Numbered from the whole stretch's first letter, positions 1 to 11,845 are shown. The stretch is DNA of 63,102 nucleotides, filler included, from Octopus bimaculoides (GCF_001194135.2; 7 parts of 5 records of this genome joined end to end with filler, not necessarily neighbours in it), one strand, 5' to 3'. Notes: generated by a model not told the origin, from the letters alone. A program made the numbers and translations.

Positions 1-524
1 AAGGAAGTAAAAAAAAATGTAAAACTCGATTGTTTCAAAATGGGTTGGAGGTTTTTTTTATTTATTTTGGATTCCTTCCTACGGCGATTACCATATTACA
101 ATGCCGCTATCATTGCTTTGATGCTTTTAGTTCAGTCGTAAGAAGCATTTGAGCTTCTTGGCTCACACCCTGGTGAGATTGCTTGCTAAGCTAACAGAAT
201 GAGAAGAGGAAGAGTGGGGGGGGGGACAGCGGAAGGAGAGGGGGGGACAATGGAAGGAGAGGGGGAGTATAGCGAAATGATTGTGAAGATCTATGAGGAA
301 AGGTGGAATTGTGTATGTATGTATGTATTATTTGGGTGTGTATGTGTGTATGAGTGTGTATGTATATATATATGCAAATGTGTGAACGCTATGTATTTAT
401 GTACACGCTCAAACACACAGACACGCACACACACACACATACGTATAGATATGTATAACTATAAATGTGTGCATATATATATTTGTGTATGAATATATAT
501 AACATGTTTATATATATATATACA

Positions 525-559
<35 letters not shown>

Positions 560-809
560 NNNNNNNNNNNNNNNNNNNNNNNNNNNNNNNNNNNNNNNNN
601 NNNNNNNNNNNNNNNNNNNNNNNNNNNNNNNNNNNNNNNNNNNNNNNNNNNNNNNNNNNNNNNNNNNNNNNNNNNTTGACATTAATCATCTTAAGAAATT
701 TGCCTTTCTTTTGGATATTAAACTCGAGCTATTCTCTGCCGCTCTATCTGATTTAACTGTAAACAAACAGTAATAACTCTTTGCCAGGTTATATATAAAT
801 ATGTATGTA

Positions 810-837
810 TGTATGTGTGTATGTATGTATGTATATA

Positions 838-909
<72 letters not shown>

Positions 910-945
910 CACATCTGTGTGTGGGTGTATACATATATATATATA
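810..945. repeat. Compound (TATG)n/(TG)n/(TA)n microsatellite, representative of dozens in the window
   Basis: Direct reading. Such tracts generate the spurious HTHT/CVCV/YIYI ORFs in the track. Confidence 0.97.
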
Positions 946-1123
946 TGGACTTTCCTCTGTTTCTGAAGAAGAGTGTCTGCTCGAAACGTTAAACCATCTT
1001 TCTTTCCTGCCCTGAGCGTCTGCTAGTACTTTATATGAATCAGAACGCTGCAGTATTTGAATATATGAATATAATCGAAATCTATGACTGGTATCTCGAT
1101 TTCCTATAAAAAATGTTCATAAT

Positions 1124-1485
1124 AACAAGAGCACTCAAAGAATGCAAGCCAACGCCAAGGCACACCAACGTCCATTCAACGATTAGCCAGAGATCATTTT
1201 TGAAATGAGAATATCTGAAATACACTCGACTGCTCTCACAAACGAGAAAACTGAAAATGAACCCGACCACTCTCAAAAATTAAGTAAAAAAAAAAAACAA
1301 GAAAAATAATCCAGAATCCTTGTCCGGTACCGGATTGATCCCAAAATCTACTCAGTTCGTGCCAGTCACGACGTCAAATATCCCTGAAGGTTTCATCCGA
1401 ATCCATCCAGCGGTTCTTGAGATATCTTGTCCACGGGCAAACAAACAAACAAACAAACACGACCACTGTGAGGCGGAGGAAATAA
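1124..1485 (-). mobile_element. Non-autonomous Helentron/HINE (DINE-1-like) element, copy 1
   Basis: Reverse complement aligns end to end with 46034-46398: TT-rich start, CCTCCGCC, (GTTT)n microsatellite, 3' end gagtgctcttgtt. Confidence 0.7.
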
Positions 1486-1581
1486 AAACGGAAAATAAAA
1501 TTAAGAGTTTAATTTTCCTGAAAAATGAATATGAAAAGTAAAAGAAAGAAAGAAATTAGATAGACAGACAGATAGATTAAC

Positions 1582-1584
<3 letters not shown>

Positions 1585-1628
<44 letters not shown>
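1585..1628 (+). repeat. (AAAG)n microsatellite
   Basis: Direct reading. Confidence 0.97.
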
Positions 1629-2159
1629 GAACGTGGGAAAGAAAAATTGATCACTGTTCTGGTATTTTAGTTATGAGTTCTGAAACAACATAAAATAAAG
1701 TTTACCTTACTTAGATTTGAACTTTAGAGCTCGGAGATATTGCAAGGAAATTTTATCTGTTACCCAGATAACTCTTTCAGTTCGCCACTTTATGTTGTTG
1801 TTCTTGTTGCTATTGAAGCAAACAAACAAACAAACAAACAAACAAACAAACAAACAAATTGGATGTAGTATACATTTTTAACGAGTTCTTTGACTTGCAA
1901 AAGCATTTGCAGCAATTGTCTTGTGTTTTGGAATATTGCTGGCATCGCGTGTTCTTCACTTGCAGATTCTTTCGTTTGTCTTAGTGCCAATATAATGATC
2001 ATCCTCATCACAATCATATAGCTTCTCTTAATTTAAAATGTCTCCATCACAGAACAACCTCATGATGCGATTCAACAAACAATTTTCTAATATACCTCTC
2101 CTTCTATACTAACCACTCCATAGTTTAAACTCAATTAAATAAAAAATTTTAAAAACTGG

Positions 2160-2462
2160 CAGTCCGTTGGCTACGACGACGACGGTTCCAGTTGGTCCGA
2201 ATACTGGAATAGCCTGTCCGTGAAATTTAACGTGCAAGTGGCGTAGCACTCCACAGACACACGTACCCTTAACGTAGTTCCAAAGGAAATTTAGCGTGAC
2301 ACAGAATGTGACAAGGTTGGTCCTTTGAAATACAGGTACGACTCATTTTTGCCAACTGAGTGGACTGAAGCAACGTAAAATAAAGTGTCTTGCTCAAGGA
2401 CAGAACGCACCGCTGGGAACCGAAACCACGACCTTAAAGTCGTGAGCCAAATACCCTATCCA
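2160..2462 (-). mobile_element. tRNA-derived SINE, family A
   Basis: Minus strand has a tRNA-like head (gtggtttcggttcc), the core ccttgagcaagacactttattttacgttgcttcagtccactcag, and a 3' part shared with 16725-16870 and 17030-17178. Confidence 0.85.
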
Positions 2463-2574
2463 CAAGATCCCTATATATAGGGATCTATATATATTACTAT
2501 ATAAACGTCCCTATCCATCTACCACTGTTATCCATTTACCCAGTACCATCCATGTACCCACTACTCCTCGGATG

Positions 2575-3003
2575 TTTGTAGAAAGTAGAGCCCTCAGGCA
2601 CCTCCTCCATGGGTTTCTATCAGAAACAACCGTCACCACACTTTCAGCTAGATTCCTAAGTGTAACCAAACCGAGGCTATGGATATTATCCAATCAGCTC
2701 CCTCTTAGCTACCCCTAAGTTTCATGCCAGTCGGCTCGGCTTCAAAAATATGTGTTGAGACACTTTTCTGTAACATTCTAATCACAAGTCGGTAGTACGG
2801 GAACTGAGACCTTTTTATGCGGAGAAGTAGCAGTTCAACTTGGAGAGACTCCCTGATCTCTGCGCTACGCACCCTGTCGATTAACGTTAATTCAGAGATC
2901 CTTCGGACGAACCCCATCTCGGCTGCTTGTATTTGTGATTGTTGTCTTTTGGTCGTTACTAATCCTTTATGACCATAGGTGAGGATAGGTACGAAAACTT
3001 CTT
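2575..3003 (-). mobile_element. RTE-clade LINE 3' fragment (decayed ORF end)
   Basis: Translates VFVPILTYGH...QIQAAEMGFVRRISELTLIDRVRSAEIRESLQVELLLLRIKRSQ, then DNIHSLG...DRNPWRRCLRAL. These are RTE post-RT motifs. Confidence 0.85.
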
Positions 3004-3455
3004 TAAGATGTTCGTATGAACTCGGACATGGGAAGAGCTTTCGCTGCGGAAAAATCCCAGGAGAAAATTCTCTTCACTGACGAAATATATAAAAAGACAT
3101 TGAGCTATGCACGACGTCATCAGATCGTAGACGCATGCGTATCTGCACTCTTGGGCATCGTCAACTACGAATACCGAATTCGTCTTTCATAGCCCTATAT
3201 AAAACATATTCCTTATTTACAAGAACAGTAAATTGCATATTTATTGATGTGCGTGAAGTTTGGTTAAGCTGAAATAAATAATTAGGGTCGCACAAAACAG
3301 TGTTGATTAAGATAAAGTCATGTACAACCGTATTTAATGCGTTCTGGTGCAGGTATGCCGACACCATACCGCAGTAAATCAAATTCTTGAGCTCAATATT
3401 CAAGGTAGTAATAAGAATCCTCCTACATGCATGTATACGTGAGTGCCTCTATATT

Positions 3456-3520
<65 letters not shown>

Positions 3521-4174
3521 NNNNNNNNNNNNNNNNNNNNNNNNNNNNNNNNNNNNNNNNNNNNNNNNNNNNNNNNNNNNNNNNNNNNNNNNNNNNNNNN
3601 NNNNNNNNNNNNNNNNNNNNNNNNNNNNNNNNNNNNNNNNNNNNNNNNNNNNNNNNNNNNNNNNNNNNNNNNNNNNNNNNNNNNNNNNNNNNNNNNNNNN
3701 NNNNNNNNNNNNNNNNNNNNNNNNNNNNNNNNNNNNNNNNNNNNNNNNNNNNNNNNNNNNNNNNNNNNNNNNNNNNNNNNNNNNNNNNNNNNNNNNNNNN
3801 NNNNNNNNNNNNNNNNNNNNNNNNNNNNNNNNNNNNNNNNNNNNNNNNNNNNNNNNNNNNNAGGGACGTTAGCTATCGCACAGAACCATACGTTTAACAA
3901 AGACTCATTGATATTTCTCTATTTAAAACTTAAAACCTTTTCTTGTTCAGAAGCTGGTGGCCAGAACATTTCGCTCCGGATAGAAACGTGGCGTTCTTTT
4001 ACAATCTAGTATTGCAATAATGAAGCTTTTATACTGTTGTTCTTCTTCTTAGTACTGTTGTTAGCAGTGTGGTGTTGGTGGTATTGTTGTTGTTGTTTCT
4101 GGTTGTTTTTGTTTTTGTTGAATTTTTGTTATTTTTTAAGACAGTACTTATACATTCGTAAATGTGTACGTATA

Positions 4175-5042
4175 CAGAGTGCGGTGGGTAAATTGTCGCC
4201 ATTTTATATTCTTCATTTCGTGCATGTGCATTGTTTGTTTTTGATTTTGTCGACTACACAGTACAGTAAGGTCAATTGGACATTGTCTGTGAGAGAAACA
4301 GCACCATGACGCAATTCACTCTGCCAGAAATTTGGAAATGACATGCTGTACTGCTTGGCATTCGCACTGGAAGCTCCAATACGAACATTTCAGAGTGCTT
4401 GGGTGTCAATCTGAGAACAGTACAATCTGAGGACAAATATCCAGTCAACATCATGGTGTTTAGAGTGATCACTAGTGATGGCGACGTTGTGCCTCCATTC
4501 ATCTTCCCATACGGCCTCAGTCTCAACACGGAGGCCTATATCAAGTGCTTGGAGGAGGTAGTGCTGCCCTGGGTCAAGAGGATGGCTGCTGGAAGACCCT
4601 ATGTCTGGCAACAGGACTCTGTACCATGCCACACAAGTAGGAGAACCCAGTCATGGCTGTCAGACAATTTCTACGACCACATCACCCCTAACATCTGGCC
4701 ACCTAACTCCCCAGATTGCACCCCACCCCCGATTATTATGTGTGAGGCGCAGTTTAGCGAGAGACCAACAAAACACTTTGTAACACCAAAGATGAACTGA
4801 AGGCAAGGATTATGGCAGCATTCACCAACTTAAACAAGGAAACAGTCCAGAAGAGTTGCAGGGGATTCCAATGTCGTCTGGAGTCCGTGGTTGAAGTCAA
4901 TGGCGATTTTATTGAATAAATTTACTCATTGGTATTTCAAAATATTTTTATGTAATTTTGGTAAGTATATCTGTCAAAATGAGATGTCAGTGTTATTTTC
5001 ATTTTTGCGTAATTTAGACGACAGTTTATTCACCGCACCCCG
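4175..5042 (+). mobile_element. Internally deleted Tc1/mariner-superfamily element, DD37D (maT-like) transposase remnant
   Basis: TIRs cagagtgcggtgggtaaattgtcg / cgacagtttattcaccgcaccccg, with TA on the left. ORF 4399-4800 has WQQDSVPCHTS...WPPNSPDC, followed by a frameshifted DYYV about 37 residues after the second D. Confidence 0.85.
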
Positions 5043-5122
5043 AATAAAGCTTAAGATTAAAAACAAAAGAAGCAAGTATAAACAAAACAAATTGTGAAAC
5101 TAAATTCTTTCACTGTTACATC

Positions 5123-5312
5123 TCACATGATAATTTTAAAGAAGACCAATGGCCAAAAGATGATAGGTTCGTATACAGGCCCTGCCTTGTGTCCATGGTT
5201 TAAATTCTTGTTTCTTGCAAGTACATTCCACCCAACTTTGTAAGTCATTTGCATGTATAGTAAAATAGCAACATATGTTTTTCTATCTGATGAAATCCAG
5301 GATCCAACAAAT
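5123..5312 (-). CDS. Possible downstream (terminal?) exon of the unidentified minus-strand gene
   Basis: Open frame FVGSWISSDRKTYVAILLYMQMTYKVGWNVLARNKNLNHGHKAGPVYEPIIFWPLVFFKIIM*. Acceptor ataag|A is phase 2, matching the end of exon 5928-6106, but it is a weak acceptor. Confidence 0.3.
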
Positions 5313-5477
5313 CTTATAATTACTAAACGCAGCAACAACAACGATACCAATAGCAAAAACAGCGAAAACAATACTACAACAATAGTAACAACATCAACAG
5401 TAACAACAACATCGATATTAACAACAATAACAACAGTGGCAGAAGAGATGGCTGGACTAAAAATAGATATCATATTC

Positions 5478-5692
5478 ATTTCAAATGTTGGCACAACGCC
5501 AGAAAGTTCGGGGGCAGAGGATAAGTCGATTACATCGACCCCAGTGTTCAACGGGCACTTATTTTATCGACCCCAAAAGGATGAAAGGCAAAGTCGACCT
5601 CGGCGGAATTTGAACACAGAACTTAAAGACAGATGAAATGTCGCTTAGCATTTTGCCCGGCTTGCTAACCATTCTGCCAGCTCGCCACCTTA
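5478..5692 (-). mobile_element. tRNA-derived SINE, family D
   Basis: Reverse complement of aaggtggcgagctggcagaat...gttcaaattccgccgaggtcgactttgcctttcatcc. More than 10 copies in the window. Confidence 0.9.
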
Positions 5693-5927
5693 AAAATAGA
5701 CATCATACATAGAGAGTATGCATTTTTACTGTAAGTTTAATATATCATTTGATATAACACCACTTCCTGACCCTTGAGTGCCTTTACGAGAGTTCATTTT
5801 ATTATGAGCTTTCGGATCAGATTTCCTGTATGACTATAACTTCCTTTTCATATTTCCACCAATCACAGAGCCCCTCCCCCGTGCCAAAAAAAATCGTCTC
5901 TGTGACTAAGTTATGAAAATAAATTAC

Positions 5928-6106
5928 TTGGCATCTATACATTTCTGAAGCATTGTGATAACCCTAAAAATAGCTTGTGTCAAAGCACTGCAGGATGTAT
6001 TCATAAAACCAGCACCATATTCATAAAACAGTTCGAATGGGCCTAACCTTCTTTGCAAAGCATGTACGAAAACACCCAGTGTGTGATTAATTCGATTTAC
6101 GACTGT
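5928..6106 (-). CDS. Candidate internal coding exon (179 nt) of an unidentified gene
   Basis: Acceptor aaatttctttcag|, donor |gtaatt, open frame TVVNRINHTLGVFVHALQRRLGPFELFYEYGAGFMNTSCSALTQAIFRVITMLQKCIDA. Phase 0 start fits exon 8264-8380. Confidence 0.55.
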
Positions 6107-6497
6107 CTGAAAGAAATTTCATATATGTGACATTTTATTGACGTCTAATCAAGGTGTGAGTGTAGCCATTGCTTCTGAAGATATTAGAATTCTTCTGGTT
6201 TTACGTATCAACAGAGAAGAATTGGCGGAATGTTTTCGACTATGTTTAATGATATTTTCCCTCTTCACTTCCCGGTCATATTTTTCCCTTTGGCATGAAC
6301 GTTCACACACACAGAGGTACACACATGCACGTGTATATATATATATATATATAATCAAAGTGTACTGTATTATACATTCATTGGGGCCGATCTTTCCTAT
6401 CGGTTTCGCACTAGGGGTCCAACGGAGTGTTGGGTAACGGTCCGATTGTGTAACCCTGTACTCATCAGAGGTAGCCGTTATGGAATTAAATATGACG

Positions 6498-6559
<62 letters not shown>

Positions 6560-7014
6560 NNNNNNNNNNNNNNNNNNNNNNNNNNNNNNNNNNNNNNNNN
6601 NNNNNNNNNNNNNNNNNNNNNNNNNNNNNNNNNNNNNNNNNNNNNNNNNNNNNNNNNNNNNNNNNNNNNNNNNNNNNNNNNNNNNNNNNNNNNNNNNNNN
6701 NNNNNNNNNNNNNNNNNNNNNNNNNNNNNNNNNNNNNNNNNNNNNNNNNNNNNNNNNNNNNNNNNNNNNNNNNNNNNNNNNNNNNNNNNNNNNNNNNNNN
6801 NNNNNNNNNNNNNNNNNNNNNNNNNNNNNNNNNNNNNNNNNNNNNNNNNNNNNNNNNNNNNNNNNNNNNNNNNNNNNNNNNNNNNNNNNNNNNNNNNNNN
6901 NNNNNNNNNNNNNNNNNNNNNNNNNNNNNNNNNNNNNNNNNNNNNNNNNNNNNNNNNNNNNNNNNNNNNNNNNNNNNNNNNNTATATATATATATATATA
7001 TGCATGTATGTATA

Positions 7015-7162
7015 CGACGGGCTTCTTTCAGTTTCCGTCTACCAAATCTACTCATAAGGCTTTGGTCAACTTGAGGATGCAGTAGAAAACACTTACCCAA
7101 GGTGCCACGCAGTGTAAATGAACCCTACACCATGCAGTTGGGAAGAAACCTTCTTACCACAC
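7015..7162 (-). mobile_element. tRNA-derived SINE, family C (5' half)
   Basis: Matches 43835-44222 and 9646-9798 (gggcttctttcagtttccgtctaccaaat...cttaccacac). Confidence 0.9.
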
Positions 7163-7466
7163 ACCTATAGACAGACAGGCAGATAGACATACAGGCAGAT
7201 ACAGGCAGGCAGATAGACAGACAGACGGACGGACAGACAGGCAAGCAGACAGACAGACAGACTGACAGACAGGCAGACAGACAAACAGATAGATAGATGG
7301 ATGGATGGATGGATGGATGGATAGGTGGATGGATGGATAGACAAGCAGACAGACAGGTATAGACAGATAGATATTATATATACGTGTATATATATGCATA
7401 TGTATATACATGTATGTGTATATACATGTATATACCTCAACATATATGTATGTGTGAGTGTGTGTA

Positions 7467-7501
<35 letters not shown>

Positions 7502-8049
7502 GCTTATGTATAGGCAAACTATATATACAGATTTACATATAATTGTCACTGACACGTATCAAGGTCACGTGGCAAGTGAAGACTTGTTTTGAGCCAAAAT
7601 TTAATGTTAAAGAATTTTGTGTTAAAGAATTTTGGGTGCAGTCAGATATTTTCACGCATGACTGTATTCGTGTACGCGTGGGTGTACGAGTGTATGTGTT
7701 TGAGTGTGTGAATGCGTGAACATTGACCAATGATATATAATTACGCACGTACACACTCGTGCGCGCACACAGATGTATTTCTACACATACATACATACAC
7801 TAACATTTACGCAAATGCACATATAGTAGACACATACATGCGCATATACAGAGGAACAAAATGTTCTCCGTTGTGTACAGAATTAATAAATGAATGCAGG
7901 TACATCATCGATTTTCCGCTATATTTAGTTTCAAAGCCTTGACGGAATAACCGTTTTGCCAGACCATCCGTTATTTTGTCTCTTTGCTTCTTAATCTAAT
8001 AAACAGTCGATGAACCAATATCATATAGATATTACGCAGCTTATGTATC

Positions 8050-8566
8050 AAAACACTGCTGGCGGCGGCGGGGATCTATCTCCCCACTAGTAATATAAAC
8101 AAAAGTGCATTTTGCACAACAAGCCAATATGAAAGTTTCTTTGGTGGTATCTACTGCAGTATAGCTTGTTCTAACGGAACATCCACATTTAATTGGAGAT
8201 AAATGTTACCTCTCGGTATTAATACTGCTTCTGTCGTTGATATACATTTTTTAACAAACTCACCAGTGTCTGTTCTGGCACTGTTTTTTCTACATATCGC
8301 TGACAGGAAAAGGGATTGAAGCTACCTCTAGCGGTTAAGAGTCCATCATTGACAAGACCAAGCAAGGTCAAAATCACATGCTGGAGGTAGAGGAGATTTA
8401 TCTCCATGCTAGCAATATAAACAAGAATGTATTTTGAATCAAAAGCCAATATGAGTTTCTCTCGTGATATCTACCGCAGTATAGCTTCTTCTAACAGAAC
8501 ATCTACGTTTAAGTGGGGATAAATATTACTTCTCGGTATTAATATTACCTCTGTCGCTGATATATA
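8050..8566 (+). repeat. Diverged direct duplication of ~195 bp (8050-8245 vs 8372-8566, offset ~322)
   Basis: Co-linear matches such as ctagtaatataaacaa/ctagcaatataaacaa, gcagtatagctt, ctcggtattaata. Confidence 0.85.
8264..8380 (-). CDS. Candidate internal coding exon (117 nt, phase 0-0) of an unidentified gene
   Basis: Acceptor ctcctctacctccag|, donor |gtgagt. Only frame 0 is open: HVILTLLGLVNDGLLTARGSFNPFSCQRYVEKTVPEQTL. Confidence 0.55.
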
Positions 8567-9163
8567 AAGTCATTTCTTTCAAGTTCTACTCTATCGTGGA
8601 ATGATATGGATTGGTGTTTGTATTTGACGCATCACTAACGGTCTCTGTTCTCTTACCTGTGGTAGCCATAGCTAGGGAAAACTTTTAACTAAATAAGCAG
8701 GGGATCTCTCGAGATTTTGGTATCGCCACTAACGAATACAGTATAAATGATGGATTTACATACACAGTACACATAAAGTCACCTGCGGTTGCGCAGTGGA
8801 CTATACTGATGGCTACGGGAATTTCAATTACACCCTAGTAATTTATCTGGATTGAAGGTGTTACCAGACTCTTAATTGCCGGAAAATTGATGGTGGTCTA
8901 TATTTAAGAAAGAAAAAAGAGATAGGTTTGACGAAAACAATGAAAATGAAATCTCTGAAATCTCGATTTCTCGAATTTTCGTAAAGGAGGAAATGTAATA
9001 ATGGAGAAAATAGAAAGAAAAAAAGGGTTAAATACTGAAGTCAAGCGCTTTCTTTCCAGCTTAGGGGAATTTTCGTGACGTAGATTTTCCTTTTTCATGT
9101 CGTCATATTATTGTTTCTTAAAGTAGAGCTATTTAGTTTTGGTGAATTCTTTTTGTTTTATAT

Positions 9164-9424
9164 AGTGGCTGTGTGATAAGTAGCTTGCTTACCAACCACA
9201 TGGTTCTGGGTTCAGTCCCTACTATAGCCTCGGGCCGACCAAAGCCTTGTGAGTGGATTTGGTAGACGCAAACTGAAAGAAGCCCATCGTATATATGTAT
9301 ACATATATATGTATGTGTGTGTATGTGTTTGTGTGTCTGTGTTTGTCCCCCCAACATCGCTTGACAACCGATGTTGGTGTGTTTACGTCCCCGTAACCTA
9401 GCGGTTCGGCAAAAGAGACCGATA
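9164..9424 (+). mobile_element. SINE family C (internally deleted, runs into a gap)
   Basis: gtggctgtgtgataagtagcttgcttaccaaccacatggttctgggttcagtcc...ggttcggcaaaagagaccgata. Confidence 0.9.
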
Positions 9425-9645
9425 NNNNNNNNNNTTCTAAACGAAATATTGGATCATTTTTTAAGCATTAGTAGAAGGCAAAAATTATGAATTTGTTCGT
9501 TCCTGCAAATTTAGAAATGTTCCTTCGGAGAGACTTTTTTTTTTTTTTTGGTTCCAAATAACATACTCATGGATGCATGTATGTTGGTATGTTTGTTTGC
9601 ATGTATGTATATGTGGGTGCATGTGTAGCACTCCTAAGTTCATTA

Positions 9646-9798
9646 ACTTCCACTTCCGTCAACCAAATCCACTCACAAGGCTTTGGTCGGCCCGAGGCTA
9701 TAGTAGAAGACACTTGCCCAAGGTGCCACGCAGTGGGACTGAACCCAGAACCATGTGGTCGGTAAGCAAGCTACTTACCACACAGCCACTCCTGCGCC
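9646..9798 (-). mobile_element. SINE family C (5' half), inverted relative to 9164-9424
   Basis: Reverse-complement match to the 9164 copy. Confidence 0.9.
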
Positions 9799-9834
9799 TA
9801 TTTATTCACATTGTTTTAAATCAACCATGCGTTA

Positions 9835-9983
9835 TTCTGTAGCTTCAAGATTTCAATGACGTGACTAGTCAGTTCTGGAATGACATTGTAGTGAAGGTGT
9901 GAGAGACCGGATCTGACCGGTTTGAACCTAAAACAAGTAGAATATTAGGGCCAGGTACGGCCGGTTTAAATGCTAAAAACCAC
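9835..9983. mobile_element. Probable MITE fragment (TTAACCCT-type end, degenerate)
   Basis: Ends ccggtttaaatgctaaa at a gap. Resembles an octopus MITE family from recall; the second terminus is not visible. Confidence 0.35.
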
Positions 9984-10825
9984 NNNNNNNNNNNNNNNNN
10001 NNNNNNNNNNNNNNNNNNNNNNNNNNNNNNNNNNNNNNNNNNNNNNNNNNNNNNNNNNNNNNNNNNNNNNNNNNNNNNNNNNNNNNNNNNNNNNNNNNNN
10101 NNNNNNNNNNNNNNNNNNNNNNNNNNNNNNNNNNNNNNNNNNNNNNNNNNNNNNNNNNNNNNNNNNNNNNNNNNNNNNNNNNNNNNNNNNNNNNNNNNNN
10201 NNNNNNNNNNNNNNNNNNNNNNNNNNNNNNNNNNNNNNNNNNNNNNNNNNNNNNNNNNNNNNNNNNNNNNNNNNNNNNNNNNNNNNNNNNNNNNNNNNNN
10301 NNNNNNNNNNNNNNNNNNNNNNNNNNNNNNNNNNNNNNNNNNNNNNNNNNNNNNNNNNNNNNNNNNNNNNNNNNNNNNNNNNNNNNNNNNNNNNNNNNNN
10401 NNNNNNNNNNNNNNNNNNNNNNNNNNNNNNNNNNNNNNNNNNNNNNNNNNNNNNNNNNNNNNNNNNNNNNNNNNNNNNNNNNNNNNNNNNNNNNNNNNNN
10501 NNNNNNNNNNNNNNNNNNNNNNNNNNNNNNNNNNNNNNNNNNNNNNNNNNNNNNNNNNNNNNNNNNNNNNNNNNNNNNNNNNNNNNNNNNNNNNNNNNNN
10601 NNNNNNNNNNNNNNNNNNNNNNNNNNNNNNNNNNNNNNNNNNNNNNNNNNNNNNNNNNNNNNNNNNNNNNNNNNNNNNNNNNNNNNNNNNNNNNNNNNNN
10701 NNNNNNNNNNNNNNNNNNNNNNNNNNNNNNNNNNNNNNNNNNNNNNNNNNNNNNNNNNNNNNNNNNNNNNNNNNNNNNNNNNNNNNNNNNNNNNNNNNNN
10801 NNNNNNNNNNNNNNNNNNNNNNNNN

Positions 10826-10893
<68 letters not shown>

Positions 10894-10929
10894 TCTCTCT
10901 CTCTCTTGAATCATCTTCTCTTCAATTAC

Positions 10930-10974
10930 CTACTGTGGTTGTTGTTGCTGCTGCTGCTGTTCTTGTTGTTGATA

Positions 10975-11019
<45 letters not shown>

Positions 11020-11350
11020 TTGACGATGATGACGATAATGAAGACGATGATGACGATGACAATGACAATGATGATGATGAGGAAGATGATGGGGATGATG
11101 AGAATGACAATGATGATAGTGGTGATGATGGTAGTGGCTGTGACGATAATAATGATGATGACGACGACGACGACGATGATGGTGGTAGTGGTCGTGATGA
11201 TGATGATGATGATTATTATTATGATGATGCTGCTGCTGATGATGATGATTATTATTATTATGATGCTGATGATGCTGATGATGATGGTGGGTGGTAGTGG
11301 TGGTAGTAGCGGCTGTGAGTATGATAATGATGACGACGGCGATGAATACC
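10930..11350. repeat. Compound trinucleotide low-complexity tract (GTT/GCT/GAT/GAC/TAT)
   Basis: Direct reading. Source of the poly-M, poly-D, poly-H and poly-S ORFs. Confidence 0.95.
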
Positions 11351-11394
11351 ACGATGATGATAGTAGTGGTGTTTCGCTCGCAGCTTTTATCTAT

Positions 11395-11785
11395 TATAGA
11401 AGAGAATCTCAGCTCCTCTGCCTTCCGCCTGTTTCTTTTCTGTTCGAGACTATACGGCCTGTTGACAGAGCAGATAAGAAGCTTTCTTCAAACTGCCTAT
11501 CCATGAAGCTCTGAGCTATCTTTTGAACTCTATCAGCTGGGTTTTTTGTCAGCGAGCGTCGTTGTGCTCGAGACACATTTCTCTCTTGCCTTCCAGAAGA
11601 ACGCGTAATCAAGACAGAAAAATACAATGAATAACTGGATAACACCGGAGGCACGAGTGAAGAAAAGGGGAGCGAGATGGGATGGCGCGCCACCCTCAAA
11701 GAAGATCTGAAGTAGCTCAGCATCACTTGGTTAAATGCAGGCGACTACACTGAAAACCAGGATTATTGGGAACGTCTTGCTGCCC
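11395..11785 (+). mobile_element. Decayed RTE LINE 3' fragment
   Basis: Plus strand gives ETIRPVDRADKKL, CLPEERVIK and WRATLKEDLK*LSITWLNAGDYTENQDYWERLAA, typical of an RTE ORF end. Confidence 0.65.
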
Positions 11786-11845
11786 TATATATATATACGT
11801 GAAAATGGATGCGTGGCGTTGAATCATATAATAATATAATTTATA

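Noticed and set aside
199-492. 97-aa ORF at the window start
   Set aside because: It is a purine-rich low-complexity tract running into TG/TA microsatellites.
2465-2486. Perfect 22-bp palindrome agatccctatatatagggatct
   Set aside because: It is centred on a TA run at a SINE boundary and has no supporting context for function.
5985-6035. GAGFMNTS resemblance to a cytochrome P450 I-helix
   Set aside because: Surrounding P450 motifs are absent, and the match is too short to name the gene.
9970-11514. 514-aa and other long ORFs (poly-X, poly-M, poly-H, poly-D, HTHT, YIYI)
   Set aside because: They are read-through of N gaps and microsatellites.
11409-11726. 105-aa minus-strand ORF that looks protein-like
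   Set aside because: The opposite strand carries RTE C-terminal motifs, so this is the antisense frame of a LINE relic.
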